Positions 55,114 through 64,000 of a stretch of DNA of 64,000 nt are shown one piece after another (position 1 is the stretch's first letter; each line of letters opens with the position of its first letter). The DNA is from an uncultured Dehalococcoidales bacterium. Its GTDB lineage: Bacteria; Chloroflexota; Dehalococcoidia; Dehalococcoidales; E44-bin46. Below the pieces are notes generated by a model. The model was not told the origin of the DNA. It did no database searches and worked only from the letters and a program-made list of their open reading frames with translations. The translations under genes were made by a program, and so were the position numbers. The stretch is taken from contig CAZVIZ010000001.1 of NCBI GenBank assembly GCA_964627215.1, forward strand, positions 145,395 to 209,394, read 5' to 3'.

Positions 55114-56742
55114 TTGGCAAAGCAGATTATATCTGGAGAGGAAGTCAGGCGTGCTCTGAAGAAGGGAGTGGATACCCTGACCGATGCCGTTAAGGTTACC
55201 CTGGGCCCCAAGGGCCATTGCGTGGCATTGGACAAGAAGTGGGGCGCTCCCTCGGTTATAGACGATGGTGTTACCATTGCCAAGGACATAGAGTTGCCTG
55301 ACCCCTTTGAGAACATGGCCGTTCAGTTGGTGAAGGAGGCGGCCAGCAAGACCAATGACGCCTGTGGAGACGGCACTACCACCTCCACTATACTGGCGCA
55401 CGCCGTCATCACCGGTGGTTTCAAGAACATCGCCGCTGGTGCCGATCCTATGGCGCTTAAACGCGGTATAGAGAAGGCGGTCAAGACTATCATAGAGGAG
55501 ATGAAGCAGAAGTCCACCGCTGTCAAGGGCAAGGAGCAGATAGCCCAGGTGGCTACCATATCCGCCGTGGATGCGGAGATAGGCGGGCTTATCGCCGATG
55601 TGCTGGAGAAGGTAGGCAAGGACGGTGTGGTCACCGTGGAGGAGTCCAAGGGTCTTAATTACGAGACTGAGTACGTGGAGGGCATGCAGTTTGACCGTGG
55701 TTACGTAAGTCCCTATTTCGTAACCAATGCAGAGCGCATGGATGCGGTGATAGAAGACCCCTATATTCTCATAACCGATAAGAAGATATCTGCCATAGCT
55801 GATATCCTGCCCGTGCTTGAGAAGATACTGCAGGTCACCAAGAATCTGGTGATCATCGCCGAGGACGTGGAGGGCGAGGCCCTGGCCACGTTAGTGGTCA
55901 ACAAGCTGCGCGGCACCATGAATGTGCTGGCGGTCAAGGCTCCCGGATTCGGCGACAGGCGCAAGCGGATGCTGGAGGATATCGCTATAATTACCGGCGG
56001 CGTGGTCATCTCTGAGGAGGTGGGCCGTAAGCTGGATTCTGCCACTGTTGAGGACCTGGGCCGAGCACGGCGCGTGACCTCGGACAAGGATAACACCACC
56101 GTGGTGGAGGGCAAGGGCGCTGATGAGGATATACAGGGTCGCATAAAGCAGATTAAGGCCCAGATAGAGGAGACCTCTTCGGACTTTGACCGCGAGAAGC
56201 TGCAGGAGCGCGCGGCTAAGCTGGCTGGTGGTGTGGCGGTAATCAAGGTTGGCGCTGCTACTGAGACCGAGCTTAAAGAGAAGAAGCACAGGGTAGAGGA
56301 TGCTCTGTCGGCCACCCGTGCCGCGGTTGAGGAGGGTATACTCCCCGGCGGTGGCGTAGCGCTAGTGAACGCCCGCACCGCCCTGGACGCCCTTAATCTC
56401 AATGGCGACGAGGCTACCGGCGTGGACATAGTGCGCCGTGCCGTGGTTGAGCCCATACACTTGATAGCTGCCAACGCTGGCAAGGATGGGGCCGTGATAG
56501 CGGACAAGGTAGCGCAGAGCGATGTCGGTGTCGGATACGATGCTGCCAACGACGAGTTCGGCGATATGGTGGAGAAGGGTATCATAGATCCCACCAAGGT
56601 TGTCCGTTCCGCTCTGGAGAACGCGGCTAGCATCGCCACAATGGTGCTGATTACGGAGTCTCTGGTAACCGATATACCGGAAAAGGAGAAGCCGCAGATG
56701 GCTCCTCCGGGCGCACCCGGCGGCATGGAGGGCATGTACTAA
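55114..56742 (+). CDS. groEL: chaperonin GroEL
   Basis: [14 protein letters not shown]...[10 protein letters not shown]...C-terminal GGMEGMY. Confidence 0.98.
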   Translation: MAKQIISGEEVRRALKKGVDTLTDAVKVTLGPKGHCVALDKKWGAPSVIDDGVTIAKDIELPDPFENMAVQLVKEAASKTNDACGDGTTTSTILAHAVITGGFKNIAAGADPMALKRGIEKAVKTIIEEMKQKSTAVKGKEQIAQVATISAVDAEIGGLIADVLEKVGKDGVVTVEESKGLNYETEYVEGMQFDRGYVSPYFVTNAERMDAVIEDPYILITDKKISAIADILPVLEKILQVTKNLVIIAEDVEGEALATLVVNKLRGTMNVLAVKAPGFGDRRKRMLEDIAIITGGVVISEEVGRKLDSATVEDLGRARRVTSDKDNTTVVEGKGADEDIQGRIKQIKAQIEETSSDFDREKLQERAAKLAGGVAVIKVGAATETELKEKKHRVEDALSATRAAVEEGILPGGGVALVNARTALDALNLNGDEATGVDIVRRAVVEPIHLIAANAGKDGAVIADKVAQSDVGVGYDAANDEFGDMVEKGIIDPTKVVRSALENAASIATMVLITESLVTDIPEKEKPQMAPPGAPGGMEGMY

Positions 56743-56770
56743 TACCCTGAAGGCTTAAAGCGGATTTAAG

Positions 56771-56810
56771 GGCCGCAGACCCCTATCGAGGGGCCTGCGG
56801 CCTTCTCTTT
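56771..56810. terminator. bidirectional terminator between convergent groEL and M16 peptidase genes
   Basis: GGCCGCAGACCCCT-ATCG-AGGGGCCTGCGGCC (8+5 bp stem with one mismatch) followed by TTCTCTTT. Confidence 0.65.
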
Positions 56811-56815
56811 ATATC

Positions 56816-58078
56816 TTATATCTTTAAGAGCGGTTCCAGGGGCATCTTGCGGCTAACCGGCCCTACCACCGCCAAGTGCAGCCTGTCGCCGTCGATGATA
56901 CCGCGGCTCAGGTGTTTCACATCATCGGTGGTGACGGCATCTATCACGGCTGTCATCTGGTCTATATCGCGTACTCTGCCGTTCAGAATCTCCTGCCCCC
57001 CCAGCCATGATGCGACGCCGCGGCTGTTCTCCAGCCGTAGTAGTAGCCGTCCCTTGGCCGATTCCTTGGCCTCGGCCAGCTCCTCCTCGGAGATGTCCTT
57101 AATTCTGGCCAGTTCGCCTAATATGGCCTTTATCATGCGCTCCAGCTGGCCGGCCTCGGTGCCGGCGTATACTATGAGCGCCCCTGAGTCCAGGAAGTGC
57201 TCAGCGTAGCTGTGTATGCTGTATGCCAGCCCCAGCCTGTCCCTTACCTCGGTGAACAGGCGGCTGCTCATGCCCTCCCCTAGTATGACGTTCATAAGAT
57301 CCAGGGCGAAGCGCTGTGGGTGCCGCAGGGAGAGACCTGGCAGCGCCAAGCACAGGTGTGTCTGCTCGGTATCCTTGCTCTGTATCACCACCCGGCGGGA
57401 ATCGGCGCCGGGATTGTATGCCCGGTAGCCCTTGTGGGGCTTGGTGGCGCCCCACCCTCCCAGTGTCTCGGCCACAGCGGCGGTGACCTCGGTGGGGTCC
57501 ACATTGCCAGCGATGGATACCACGGTGTTCCGTGGGGTGTACTGGCGCTCCATATACTTAAGCATGTCTTCCCTGGTGAGGGCGGCAACGGAGCGCTTGC
57601 TGCCCGCCGTGTCCCTGCCCAGGGGGTGGCGGGGCCAGAGGGTGCTGTCTATGAGCATATTCACCTGTTGAGAGGGGGAGTCCTTGCTCATGTTTATCTC
57701 TTCTATGACCACCTGGCGTTCCTTCTCTATCTCGGCGGGGTCGAATTTGGAGTTGAGCAGCATGTCCGTTAGCACGTCCAGGGCCAGGTGAAAGTGGTTT
57801 TGGGCCACCTTACACCAGTACACGGTCAGCTCCTTATCGGTGCCTCCATTTAGCGTGCCTCCCATCCCCTCGATGGCCCCTGATATCTCTCGCGACGTAC
57901 TGCGTTTGGGGGTGCCCTTGAATAAGAGGTGCTCTATGAAGTGGGATATGCCTGCCTGGCGCTCGCTTTCGTAGCGGGAACCGGTGCCTACGAAGATTGC
58001 CATGGATACCGAGAGGGCGTGAGGCATGGGGCTTACTATCAGCCTGAGTCCGTTGTCCAGGGTTGTCTTATGATACAA
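56816..58078 (-). CDS. M16 family zinc peptidase (pitrilysin/insulinase-like)
   Basis: HFIEHLLFKG inverted zinc motif (HxxEH), 420 aa. Confidence 0.85.
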   Translation of the reverse strand: MYHKTTLDNGLRLIVSPMPHALSVSMAIFVGTGSRYESERQAGISHFIEHLLFKGTPKRSTSREISGAIEGMGGTLNGGTDKELTVYWCKVAQNHFHLALDVLTDMLLNSKFDPAEIEKERQVVIEEINMSKDSPSQQVNMLIDSTLWPRHPLGRDTAGSKRSVAALTREDMLKYMERQYTPRNTVVSIAGNVDPTEVTAAVAETLGGWGATKPHKGYRAYNPGADSRRVVIQSKDTEQTHLCLALPGLSLRHPQRFALDLMNVILGEGMSSRLFTEVRDRLGLAYSIHSYAEHFLDSGALIVYAGTEAGQLERMIKAILGELARIKDISEEELAEAKESAKGRLLLRLENSRGVASWLGGQEILNGRVRDIDQMTAVIDAVTTDDVKHLSRGIIDGDRLHLAVVGPVSRKMPLEPLLKI

Positions 58079-58232
58079 TTTGTTCTTAACTCCCTCTAGA
58101 GGGCTATTCTAGCGGCAGAGTCGCACGGGTGTCAATGCGAGCCTTACTTGACCGGTTGTAAACAAAAAGGGTAACATATCGGGTGATATTGGTTGTTTAG
58201 CAACCTTTTTAGATGGGAGAGGATATCTGCCG

Positions 58233-59465
58233 ATGGGCAAAATATACTTACTTGATGTAACCAACCGTGATGGAGTGCAGACGGCCAGGCTGGGGCTTTC
58301 TAAGCTGGCCAAGACGATGCTTAATATCTACCTGAACGAGATGGGGGTCTTCCAGAGCGAATGTGGTTTTCCCACCACCCGCCACGAGTCCCGCTATCTG
58401 ATGGCCAACCTTAAGCTTGTTGCCAAGGGCGTGCTTAAGCCTATACATCTGGGTGGCTGGATAAGGGCCACCGTGGGCGATGTGGAGAGGGCATTCGCAT
58501 TGGTGCCGGGAATAAAGCACCTCAATCTCTCTATCTCCACCTCCAGTCAGATGATTAACGGCAAGTTCAAGGGCTCTAAGACGGAGAAGGACATACTGAA
58601 TATGGCTGTGGCGGCCTTGGACGCCGCCAAGGCGCATGGCATCGAGACCGTGGGCCTAAACGCCGAGGATGCCTCCAGGACGGATATGGATTACCTGGTG
58701 CAGTTCGCCAAGGCCGCCAAGGAGCACGGGGCCGACCGTTTCCGCTATTGCGATACCTTGGGCTACGATAACCCTTTCACCATATACGAGACATGTAAGC
58801 AGTTGGCCCAGGAGGCCGCCATGCCTATAGAACTTCACTGCCATAACGATTTGGGTATGGCTGTGGCCAACTCCGTGGCTGGGGCGATGGGGGTGGTGGA
58901 CGGTGGTCAGGATGCCTATATCAACACCACCGTGAATGGTATAGGGGAGAGGGCCGGCAACGCTGACCTCGTGGCTGTGGTGCTGGCATTATTGAACTCT
59001 AAGGGTTCTAATGACAGGTACGGCTTCGGCTTACCCATAGACCTCAAGGTGGCCTGGAAGATATGCAAGTACGCCAGCTATGCCTTTAATGTGCCCATAC
59101 CTCTTAACCAGCCCGGGGTGGGGGTTAACGCCTTCGCACATGAGTCCGGCATACATGCCGATGGCGTGCTCAAGGACCCCCAGAATTACGAGCTGTATCA
59201 CTTTGAGGATCTGGGTAGGGGGGAGCCGGAGATTGTGGAGACAGGCAGGGAGATATCCTCCGGCGAGTATAGCGGCGCAGCCGGTTTCAAGCACATTATG
59301 GGCAAGATGGACGTTACCTTTAAGGATAAGAAGGATGCGGAGGCTATACTGGAGCTGGTGCGCTACGCTAATGTGCTGGCGCAGAAGCCGTTGGTTGAGG
59401 ACGAGCTCCTGTTCATCGCCAAGTACCCCAAGATTGCCAGGGATCTGCTTACATTAACGCCTTAA
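58233..59465 (+). CDS. DRE-TIM metallolyase of the homocitrate / Re-citrate / isopropylmalate synthase family
   Basis: LLDVTNRDGVQTA...HCHNDLGMAVANS...TVNGIGERAGNA. At 410 aa it lacks the LeuA regulatory domain. Confidence 0.75.
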   Translation: MGKIYLLDVTNRDGVQTARLGLSKLAKTMLNIYLNEMGVFQSECGFPTTRHESRYLMANLKLVAKGVLKPIHLGGWIRATVGDVERAFALVPGIKHLNLSISTSSQMINGKFKGSKTEKDILNMAVAALDAAKAHGIETVGLNAEDASRTDMDYLVQFAKAAKEHGADRFRYCDTLGYDNPFTIYETCKQLAQEAAMPIELHCHNDLGMAVANSVAGAMGVVDGGQDAYINTTVNGIGERAGNADLVAVVLALLNSKGSNDRYGFGLPIDLKVAWKICKYASYAFNVPIPLNQPGVGVNAFAHESGIHADGVLKDPQNYELYHFEDLGRGEPEIVETGREISSGEYSGAAGFKHIMGKMDVTFKDKKDAEAILELVRYANVLAQKPLVEDELLFIAKYPKIARDLLTLTP

Positions 59466-59533
59466 GCCTGGTATCGTGGCCTGGCTACACATACATTCAT
59501 TGAAGCGAGGATTGCCACCTGCTCAGGTGCGGC

Positions 59534-60610
59534 TTACAGATGGGCTATTATGGCGTCTGCCATATCCGATGTGCCCACCGCCAGGCGCTCGTCGCGCCCC
59601 GGCACCAGGTCATATGTAAGAGACTTGCCCTCAGCTAGAACGTCCTCTATCGCCTTATCAAGCCTCGCGGCGGCCTCGTCCTCGCCGATGTGCCTGAGCA
59701 TCATAACGCCGCTCAATATGGTGGCGGTTGGATTGGTCTTGTTCATGCCGGCGTACTTGGGGGCACTGCCGTGTACTGGCTCAAAGACGGCGATGTCGTC
59801 GCCCAGGTTGGCCCCCGGCGCTACCCCCAGCCCCCCCACCAGGCCGGCGCACAAATCGGAGACTATGTCGCCGTAGAGGTTGGGCAACACCAGCACGTCG
59901 AACTGGCGCGGGTCTCTGACCAGTTGGGCGCAGAGGTTGTCTATCATCCTGTCCTCAAAGGCTATGTCGGCGTGGCCTTCGGCCACCTCCTTGGCTACTT
60001 CAAGGAACAGCCCGTCGCTGAACTTTATGATGTTGGCCTTGTGCCCTGCGGTAACCTTCTTGCGTCCGCGTGAGCGGGCGTATTCAAAGGCGAAGGTCAC
60101 TATGCGGCGCGATGCCCTATCTGAGATGACCTTCAGGCTTACGGCAGAGCTGAGATCTATCTCCTTTTCGGCGTTTGTGGCCGCTATCTTCAGTATCTCT
60201 CCTGCTTCCTTACTATCTTTAGCGAACTCTATGCCGATGTAGAGGTCTTCCGTGTTCTCCCTAACCACGACTATGTCCGTGCCCTCGAATCGGGTGGGTA
60301 TGCCGCGATAGCTGCGGCAGGGCCTCAGGCAGGCGTAGAGGTCCAGCTCTTTGCGCAGGGCCACGTTTACGCTGCGGAAGCCGCTGCCCACGGGGGTGGT
60401 GGCGGGGCCTTTCAGAGCCACCCTGTTCTTCCTTATGGATTTGAGCAGCCTTGGGGGCAGGAGTTCCCCCTCTTTTTCCAGGGCGGTGGCACCTATCTCG
60501 GCTCTCTCCCACTCTATGTTGGCACCGCTGGCTTCCAGGCAACGGCGAGCTGCCTCCGTCACCTCTGGGCCGATGCCGTCGCCTTGTATCAAGGTTACGG
60601 TGTGTCTCAT
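59534..60610 (-). CDS. icd: isocitrate/homoisocitrate dehydrogenase family (NAD(P)-dependent beta-decarboxylating dehydrogenase)
   Basis: TLIQGDGIGPEV...GFRSVNVALRKELDLYACLRP...NLYGDIVSDL. Confidence 0.75.
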   Translation of the reverse strand: MRHTVTLIQGDGIGPEVTEAARRCLEASGANIEWERAEIGATALEKEGELLPPRLLKSIRKNRVALKGPATTPVGSGFRSVNVALRKELDLYACLRPCRSYRGIPTRFEGTDIVVVRENTEDLYIGIEFAKDSKEAGEILKIAATNAEKEIDLSSAVSLKVISDRASRRIVTFAFEYARSRGRKKVTAGHKANIIKFSDGLFLEVAKEVAEGHADIAFEDRMIDNLCAQLVRDPRQFDVLVLPNLYGDIVSDLCAGLVGGLGVAPGANLGDDIAVFEPVHGSAPKYAGMNKTNPTATILSGVMMLRHIGEDEAAARLDKAIEDVLAEGKSLTYDLVPGRDERLAVGTSDMADAIIAHL

Positions 60611-61110
60611 TCTTTAGTTACCTTAAAGCCCTTATGTTTCTTGATGTAGGGGACCAACCCGCCCTTATCCAGTATGCTGATCATAATGTCAGGCATGGGG
60701 TTGAAGTGGAGTTTTGTCTTTTTCGTCTTGTTTATAATCTCCCCTGCCCCAAGGTCTATGTGAAGCTCGTCGCCGTCTTCTATCTTGTCGGTGTCGCAGA
60801 TTAGCACGGGGAGGCCGATATTTATGGCGTTGCGGTAGAAGATGCGGGCCACTGTCTTGGCCAGCACCGCGCTCACCCCGGACATCTTTATGATGAGGGG
60901 GGCGTGCTCGCGGGAGGAGCCGAGGCCGAAGTTATTGCCCCCGACTACGAAATCGCCCTGGCCCACTCGGCTGGCGAAGGTGGGGTCGGCGTCCTCCAAT
61001 ACGTGTTTGGCCAGCTCGGGCAGGTTGCTGCGCAGGCAGAGATAGCGCCCCGGGGCGATGAGGTCTGTGGAGATGTCGTCGCCGAACTTGAACGCTTTAC
61101 CTTTCAGCAT
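60607..61110 (-). CDS. aconitase-family dehydratase small subunit (LeuD/HacB-like)
   Basis: 167 aa: FGDDISTDLIAPGRY...GGNNFGLGSSREHA. Confidence 0.85.
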   Translation of the reverse strand: MLKGKAFKFGDDISTDLIAPGRYLCLRSNLPELAKHVLEDADPTFASRVGQGDFVVGGNNFGLGSSREHAPLIIKMSGVSAVLAKTVARIFYRNAINIGLPVLICDTDKIEDGDELHIDLGAGEIINKTKKTKLHFNPMPDIMISILDKGGLVPYIKKHKGFKVTKE

Positions 61111-62363
61111 GGCATAAACCCCCTGGGGTCGGTTATCTCGCCTTTTATGGCTGTGGCGGCGGCGGTGGCGGGGCTGGCCAGGTATATGAAGGCGTTGGGG
61201 TTGCCCATGCGCCCCCTGAAGTTGCGGTTAGCGGTGGAGAGACAGCTTTCGTTGTCCCCCAGCACCCCTTGGTGTGAGCCCAGACAGGCGGCACAGCCCG
61301 GCGGGACTATGGTTGCCCCCGCCTGGACAAGGGTGGTCAGGTAGCCCTCGGCTATGGCCTTCAACATCACCTTTTGTGAGGCTGGAGCCACGATCAGGCG
61401 GGTGGTGGGGTGTCGCTTTTTGCCTTTCAGCATAGAGGCGACCAGGGCAATGTCCTCCAGCCTTCCGTTGGTGCAGGTGCCTATGAATACCTGGTCTATC
61501 TTGGTGCCCTCAAGCTCGCCTACAGTGGCGGTGTTATCCACTGTATGGGGCTTGGACACGGTGGGCTCTATACAGGATACGTCTATCTCCAGGGTTTCCT
61601 CGTAGCGAGCGTCGGGGTGGGGGCAGAAGGAGACGAAGTCCGTCTGTCTGCCCTGTTGTTTAAGATAATACTTGGTTACATCGTCTGATGGGAACAGCCC
61701 TACTTTGGCCCCCGCCTCCACCGCCATGTTGGCGATGGTGAGGCGTTGGGGCATCATCATATTATGCGCCGCCTCCCCGACGAACTCCAGCGCCTTGTAG
61801 GTGGCGCCGTCGGCGCCTAGCTTGCCGATTATATGGAGCATGAGGTCCTTGGCGCAGACCCCCGTGGAGAATGCCCCCGTGATGTTGATTTTTATGGTCT
61901 TCGGCACGCGCAGCCACGTCTTGCCCAATGCCATGGCTACTGCTATATCGGTGGAGCCCATGCCGGTGGCGAAGGCGCAGAGTGCGCCGGCGGTTACGGT
62001 GTGTGAGTCTGCCCCTAGTATTATATCACCTGGGCGGGCGAAGGCCTCTGCCACCACCTGGTGACATACGCCCTCCCCTACATCGCTCAAAATAGCCTTG
62101 TTCTCCCTAGCGAAAGAGCGCAGGAAGATGTGGTCGTTAGAAAGCTCCTTGGCGGGGCTGGGGGAGGAATGATCTATGAATAGTACAGTCCTCTGGGGGT
62201 TATGGAGCTTTCCCAGTCCTAGGTCTGTCAGCTGCCTTAGTGTTAGCGGGCCGGTGCTGTCCTGGGTGAATACCAGGTCCACAGGGGCTACAATTATGTC
62301 GCCTGCATCTACGTCGCTACCGCACTTGGCGCTTAGGATTTGCTCGGTTAGGGTCTTCGTCAT
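61104..62363 (-). CDS. aconitase-family dehydratase large subunit (LeuC/HacA-like)
   Basis: 419 aa: DSHTVTAGA...GTCTNGR...CAACLG Fe-S ligand motifs. Confidence 0.85.
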   Translation of the reverse strand: MTKTLTEQILSAKCGSDVDAGDIIVAPVDLVFTQDSTGPLTLRQLTDLGLGKLHNPQRTVLFIDHSSPSPAKELSNDHIFLRSFARENKAILSDVGEGVCHQVVAEAFARPGDIILGADSHTVTAGALCAFATGMGSTDIAVAMALGKTWLRVPKTIKINITGAFSTGVCAKDLMLHIIGKLGADGATYKALEFVGEAAHNMMMPQRLTIANMAVEAGAKVGLFPSDDVTKYYLKQQGRQTDFVSFCPHPDARYEETLEIDVSCIEPTVSKPHTVDNTATVGELEGTKIDQVFIGTCTNGRLEDIALVASMLKGKKRHPTTRLIVAPASQKVMLKAIAEGYLTTLVQAGATIVPPGCAACLGSHQGVLGDNESCLSTANRNFRGRMGNPNAFIYLASPATAAATAIKGEITDPRGFMPC

Positions 62364-62427
62364 TATTTGGTCAGTCCTAATTCTAGGTGTTCAGGTAGGG
62401 CTAAGTCAAGGATACGGCGCACCAAAA

Positions 62428-62456
62428 TTGACTTAGCTTGCTGGCATTGGTAACAT
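62428..62456 (+). promoter_or_regulatory. candidate promoter TTGACT-17-TAACAT ending 8 nt before the lysA ATG (possible leaderless mRNA)
   Basis: Hexamers at 62428-62433 and 62451-62456. There is no Shine-Dalgarno sequence before the ATG at 62465. Confidence 0.35.
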
Positions 62457-62464
62457 TCTATCAA

Positions 62465-63772
62465 ATGGAGCCTCGACTTTGTCTGTTTCCGCATACCGCC
62501 TGCATAAATGAGCGCGGACATCTGGCCATAGGCGGCTTAGACGCCGCATCCCTGGCCGGGGAGTTCGGCACGCCCCTGTATGTCTTTGACGAGCAGGATA
62601 TAAGGGATAGGTGTGCTGAATACCGCCGCGAGTTCGGAGAGCGTTGGGCTGATACCAGGGTTATATTCGCCTGTAAGGCGTTTATAAATGGTGCTCTGGC
62701 TCGCATCTTCCATGAGGAGGGTTTGGGACTGGACGTGGTCTCCGCCGGGGAGATGGCAATAGCCCGCTCGGTGGATTTCCCTATGGACTCCGTATACCTT
62801 CATGGCAACAACAAGTTCTCCGGAGAGCTTGCCGAGGCCATGGAGGTAGGGGTGGGGCGTATTGTGGTGGATGGCTCGGACGAGCTTCAGATGCTGTCCC
62901 GTATGGCTGAGGAGAGAAGGAAGCGGGTCAACGTGCTTTTGCGCATAAACCCAGCTGTAGACCCCCATACCCATAGCCATATTGCCACAGGCGTGGTCGA
63001 CAGCAAATTCGGTTTCCCCCTGGAGGAGGGGGAGGGGGCGGTTGCGGCGGCCATGGCGGCGCCGGGGCTGAACCTGATCGGGCTTCACATTCACATCGGC
63101 TCGTCTATCTTTGAGGTTGAGCCGTACGTTAAGTCCCTGGGGGTGGCGCTTGATTTCGCCGCAGCAATGAGGGATAAGCAGAATTTTGTTCTTAAAGAAC
63201 TGGATATAGGTGGCGGCTTCGCCATGCAGTACACCATGGATACTCCCGCTCCGCCCATCTCTACCTATGCCGAGGCGCTCACGGGGGCGCTTCGTGATGG
63301 CTGTCGGCGGCTGGGTTTGGAGGCGCCTCGGCTGGTTATAGAGCCGGGGAGGTCTGTGGTGGGGCCGGCGGGGGTGGCTCTCTATACGGTAGGTGTTATC
63401 AAGGACGTACCTGGTATAAGGCGTTATGTATCGGTGGATGGTGGTATGGGTGATAACATACGCCCCGCCCTCTACGGCGCTCGCTACGAGGCGGTGGCGG
63501 CGGATAAGATGCGGAGTGGGGTGGGGGATAAAGTGACCATTGCGGGCAAGTTCTGTGAGTCCGGGGACATACTCATCAAAGACATCGCCATGCCCGAGCT
63601 TACTCGGGGGGATATCATCGCAATTCCCGGCTGCGGAGCCTACTGCATACCGCAGTCTAGCAATTTCAACGCTTCGTTGAAGCCGGCCATCGTTCTGGTC
63701 GGGGGTGGGAAGGCGCGCCTTATACGCCGGCGTGAGACGTTTGAGGACCTCACTCGGTGCGATCTGGACTGA
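62465..63772 (+). CDS. lysA: diaminopimelate decarboxylase
   Basis: LAIGGLDAASLAGEFGTPLYVFDE...HIHIGS...EPGRSVVG...CESGD. ATG at 62465 is preferred over the track TTG at 62438. Confidence 0.9.
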   Translation: MEPRLCLFPHTACINERGHLAIGGLDAASLAGEFGTPLYVFDEQDIRDRCAEYRREFGERWADTRVIFACKAFINGALARIFHEEGLGLDVVSAGEMAIARSVDFPMDSVYLHGNNKFSGELAEAMEVGVGRIVVDGSDELQMLSRMAEERRKRVNVLLRINPAVDPHTHSHIATGVVDSKFGFPLEEGEGAVAAAMAAPGLNLIGLHIHIGSSIFEVEPYVKSLGVALDFAAAMRDKQNFVLKELDIGGGFAMQYTMDTPAPPISTYAEALTGALRDGCRRLGLEAPRLVIEPGRSVVGPAGVALYTVGVIKDVPGIRRYVSVDGGMGDNIRPALYGARYEAVAADKMRSGVGDKVTIAGKFCESGDILIKDIAMPELTRGDIIAIPGCGAYCIPQSSNFNASLKPAIVLVGGGKARLIRRRETFEDLTRCDLD

Positions 63773-63794
63773 AAGCGGCTTCAAGGAGGGGATA

Positions 63795-64000
63795 ATGGTG
63801 TGGCAAGTGTGCGGTCAGGATAGGGCGGTATCGCTCCTTGAACGTGGCCTTAAGAGGGGAACTCTTTCTCACGCCTATCTGCTGGTGGGGCCCCGCAACG
63901 TGGGCAAGATGACCCTGGCACAGGACATTGCACGGGCGCTTAACTGCGCCTCCGACGAACCGCCCTGTGGGGAATGTGCCTCGTGCCAGAAGATATCCCA
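63795..64000 (+). CDS. holB: DNA polymerase III delta' subunit, N-terminal part (runs off window)
   Basis: Own translation from ATG 63795: MVWQVCGQDRAVSLLERGLKRGTLSHAYLLVGPRNVGKMTLAQDIARALNC...CGECASCQKIS. GGAGGG lies upstream. Confidence 0.75.
   Translation, partial: MVWQVCGQDRAVSLLERGLKRGTLSHAYLLVGPRNVGKMTLAQDIARALNCASDEPPCGECASCQKIS

Noticed and set aside
58160-58232. Small hairpin GGTTG-TTTAG-CAACC followed by TTTTT, upstream of the citrate/homocitrate synthase-like gene, as a leader attenuator.
   Set aside because: The stem is only 5 bp, and I saw no leader peptide or T-box features. This is too weak.

Overview
This is a 64 kb stretch of a fairly GC-rich bacterial chromosome. It is densely packed with housekeeping genes. 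The gene set (class V FBP aldolase/phosphatase, Re-citrate-synthase-like gene with LeuCD-type aconitase and ICDH, AmmeMemoRadiSam, many Fe-S proteins) suggests an anaerobe, possibly Chloroflexota/Dehalococcoidia-like, but that is inference only.

Recognisable core genes:
- coaE; rplU-rpmA-rpmE; hisA-hisI; cobO; rdgB; moaA-moaC; dnaN
- pstSCAB-phoU with a PhoRP-like two-component pair
- purF-purM-purH; tilS; tsaD; groES-groEL with a CIRCE operator; lysA; holB (partial)

The core is interrupted at about 13.25-30.8 kb by a visibly AT-richer, mosaic accessory region that starts exactly at the dnaN stop codon. The last ~25 bp of dnaN occur three times as direct repeats, which look like att-type scars.

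The accessory region carries:
- two secreted-protein genes
- an ArsR-DsrE-SHOCT-Met-rich-lipoprotein operon ending in a cysteine desulfurase stub
- a complete urease cluster (ureABCEFGD)
- a Liv/Urt-type ABC transporter with two paralogous binding proteins
- a 98-bp tandem repeat array
- a 5'-truncated Fe-S gene at the right border

No integrase or transposase is visible.

Other points worth a second look:
- three conserved genes (rplU, hisA, purM) that can only start at ATT or ATA codons
- an AT-rich dGTPase-like HD gene translationally coupled to an AmmeMemoRadiSam operon
- a conserved but functionally uncharacterised DUF134 / NifX-DUF5320 / 2x MinD-ferredoxin ATPase cluster with a palindromic operator candidate
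- a PncA-PncB fusion

I saw no tRNA, rRNA or CRISPR features. All similarity calls come from reading motifs by eye; no database search was run.
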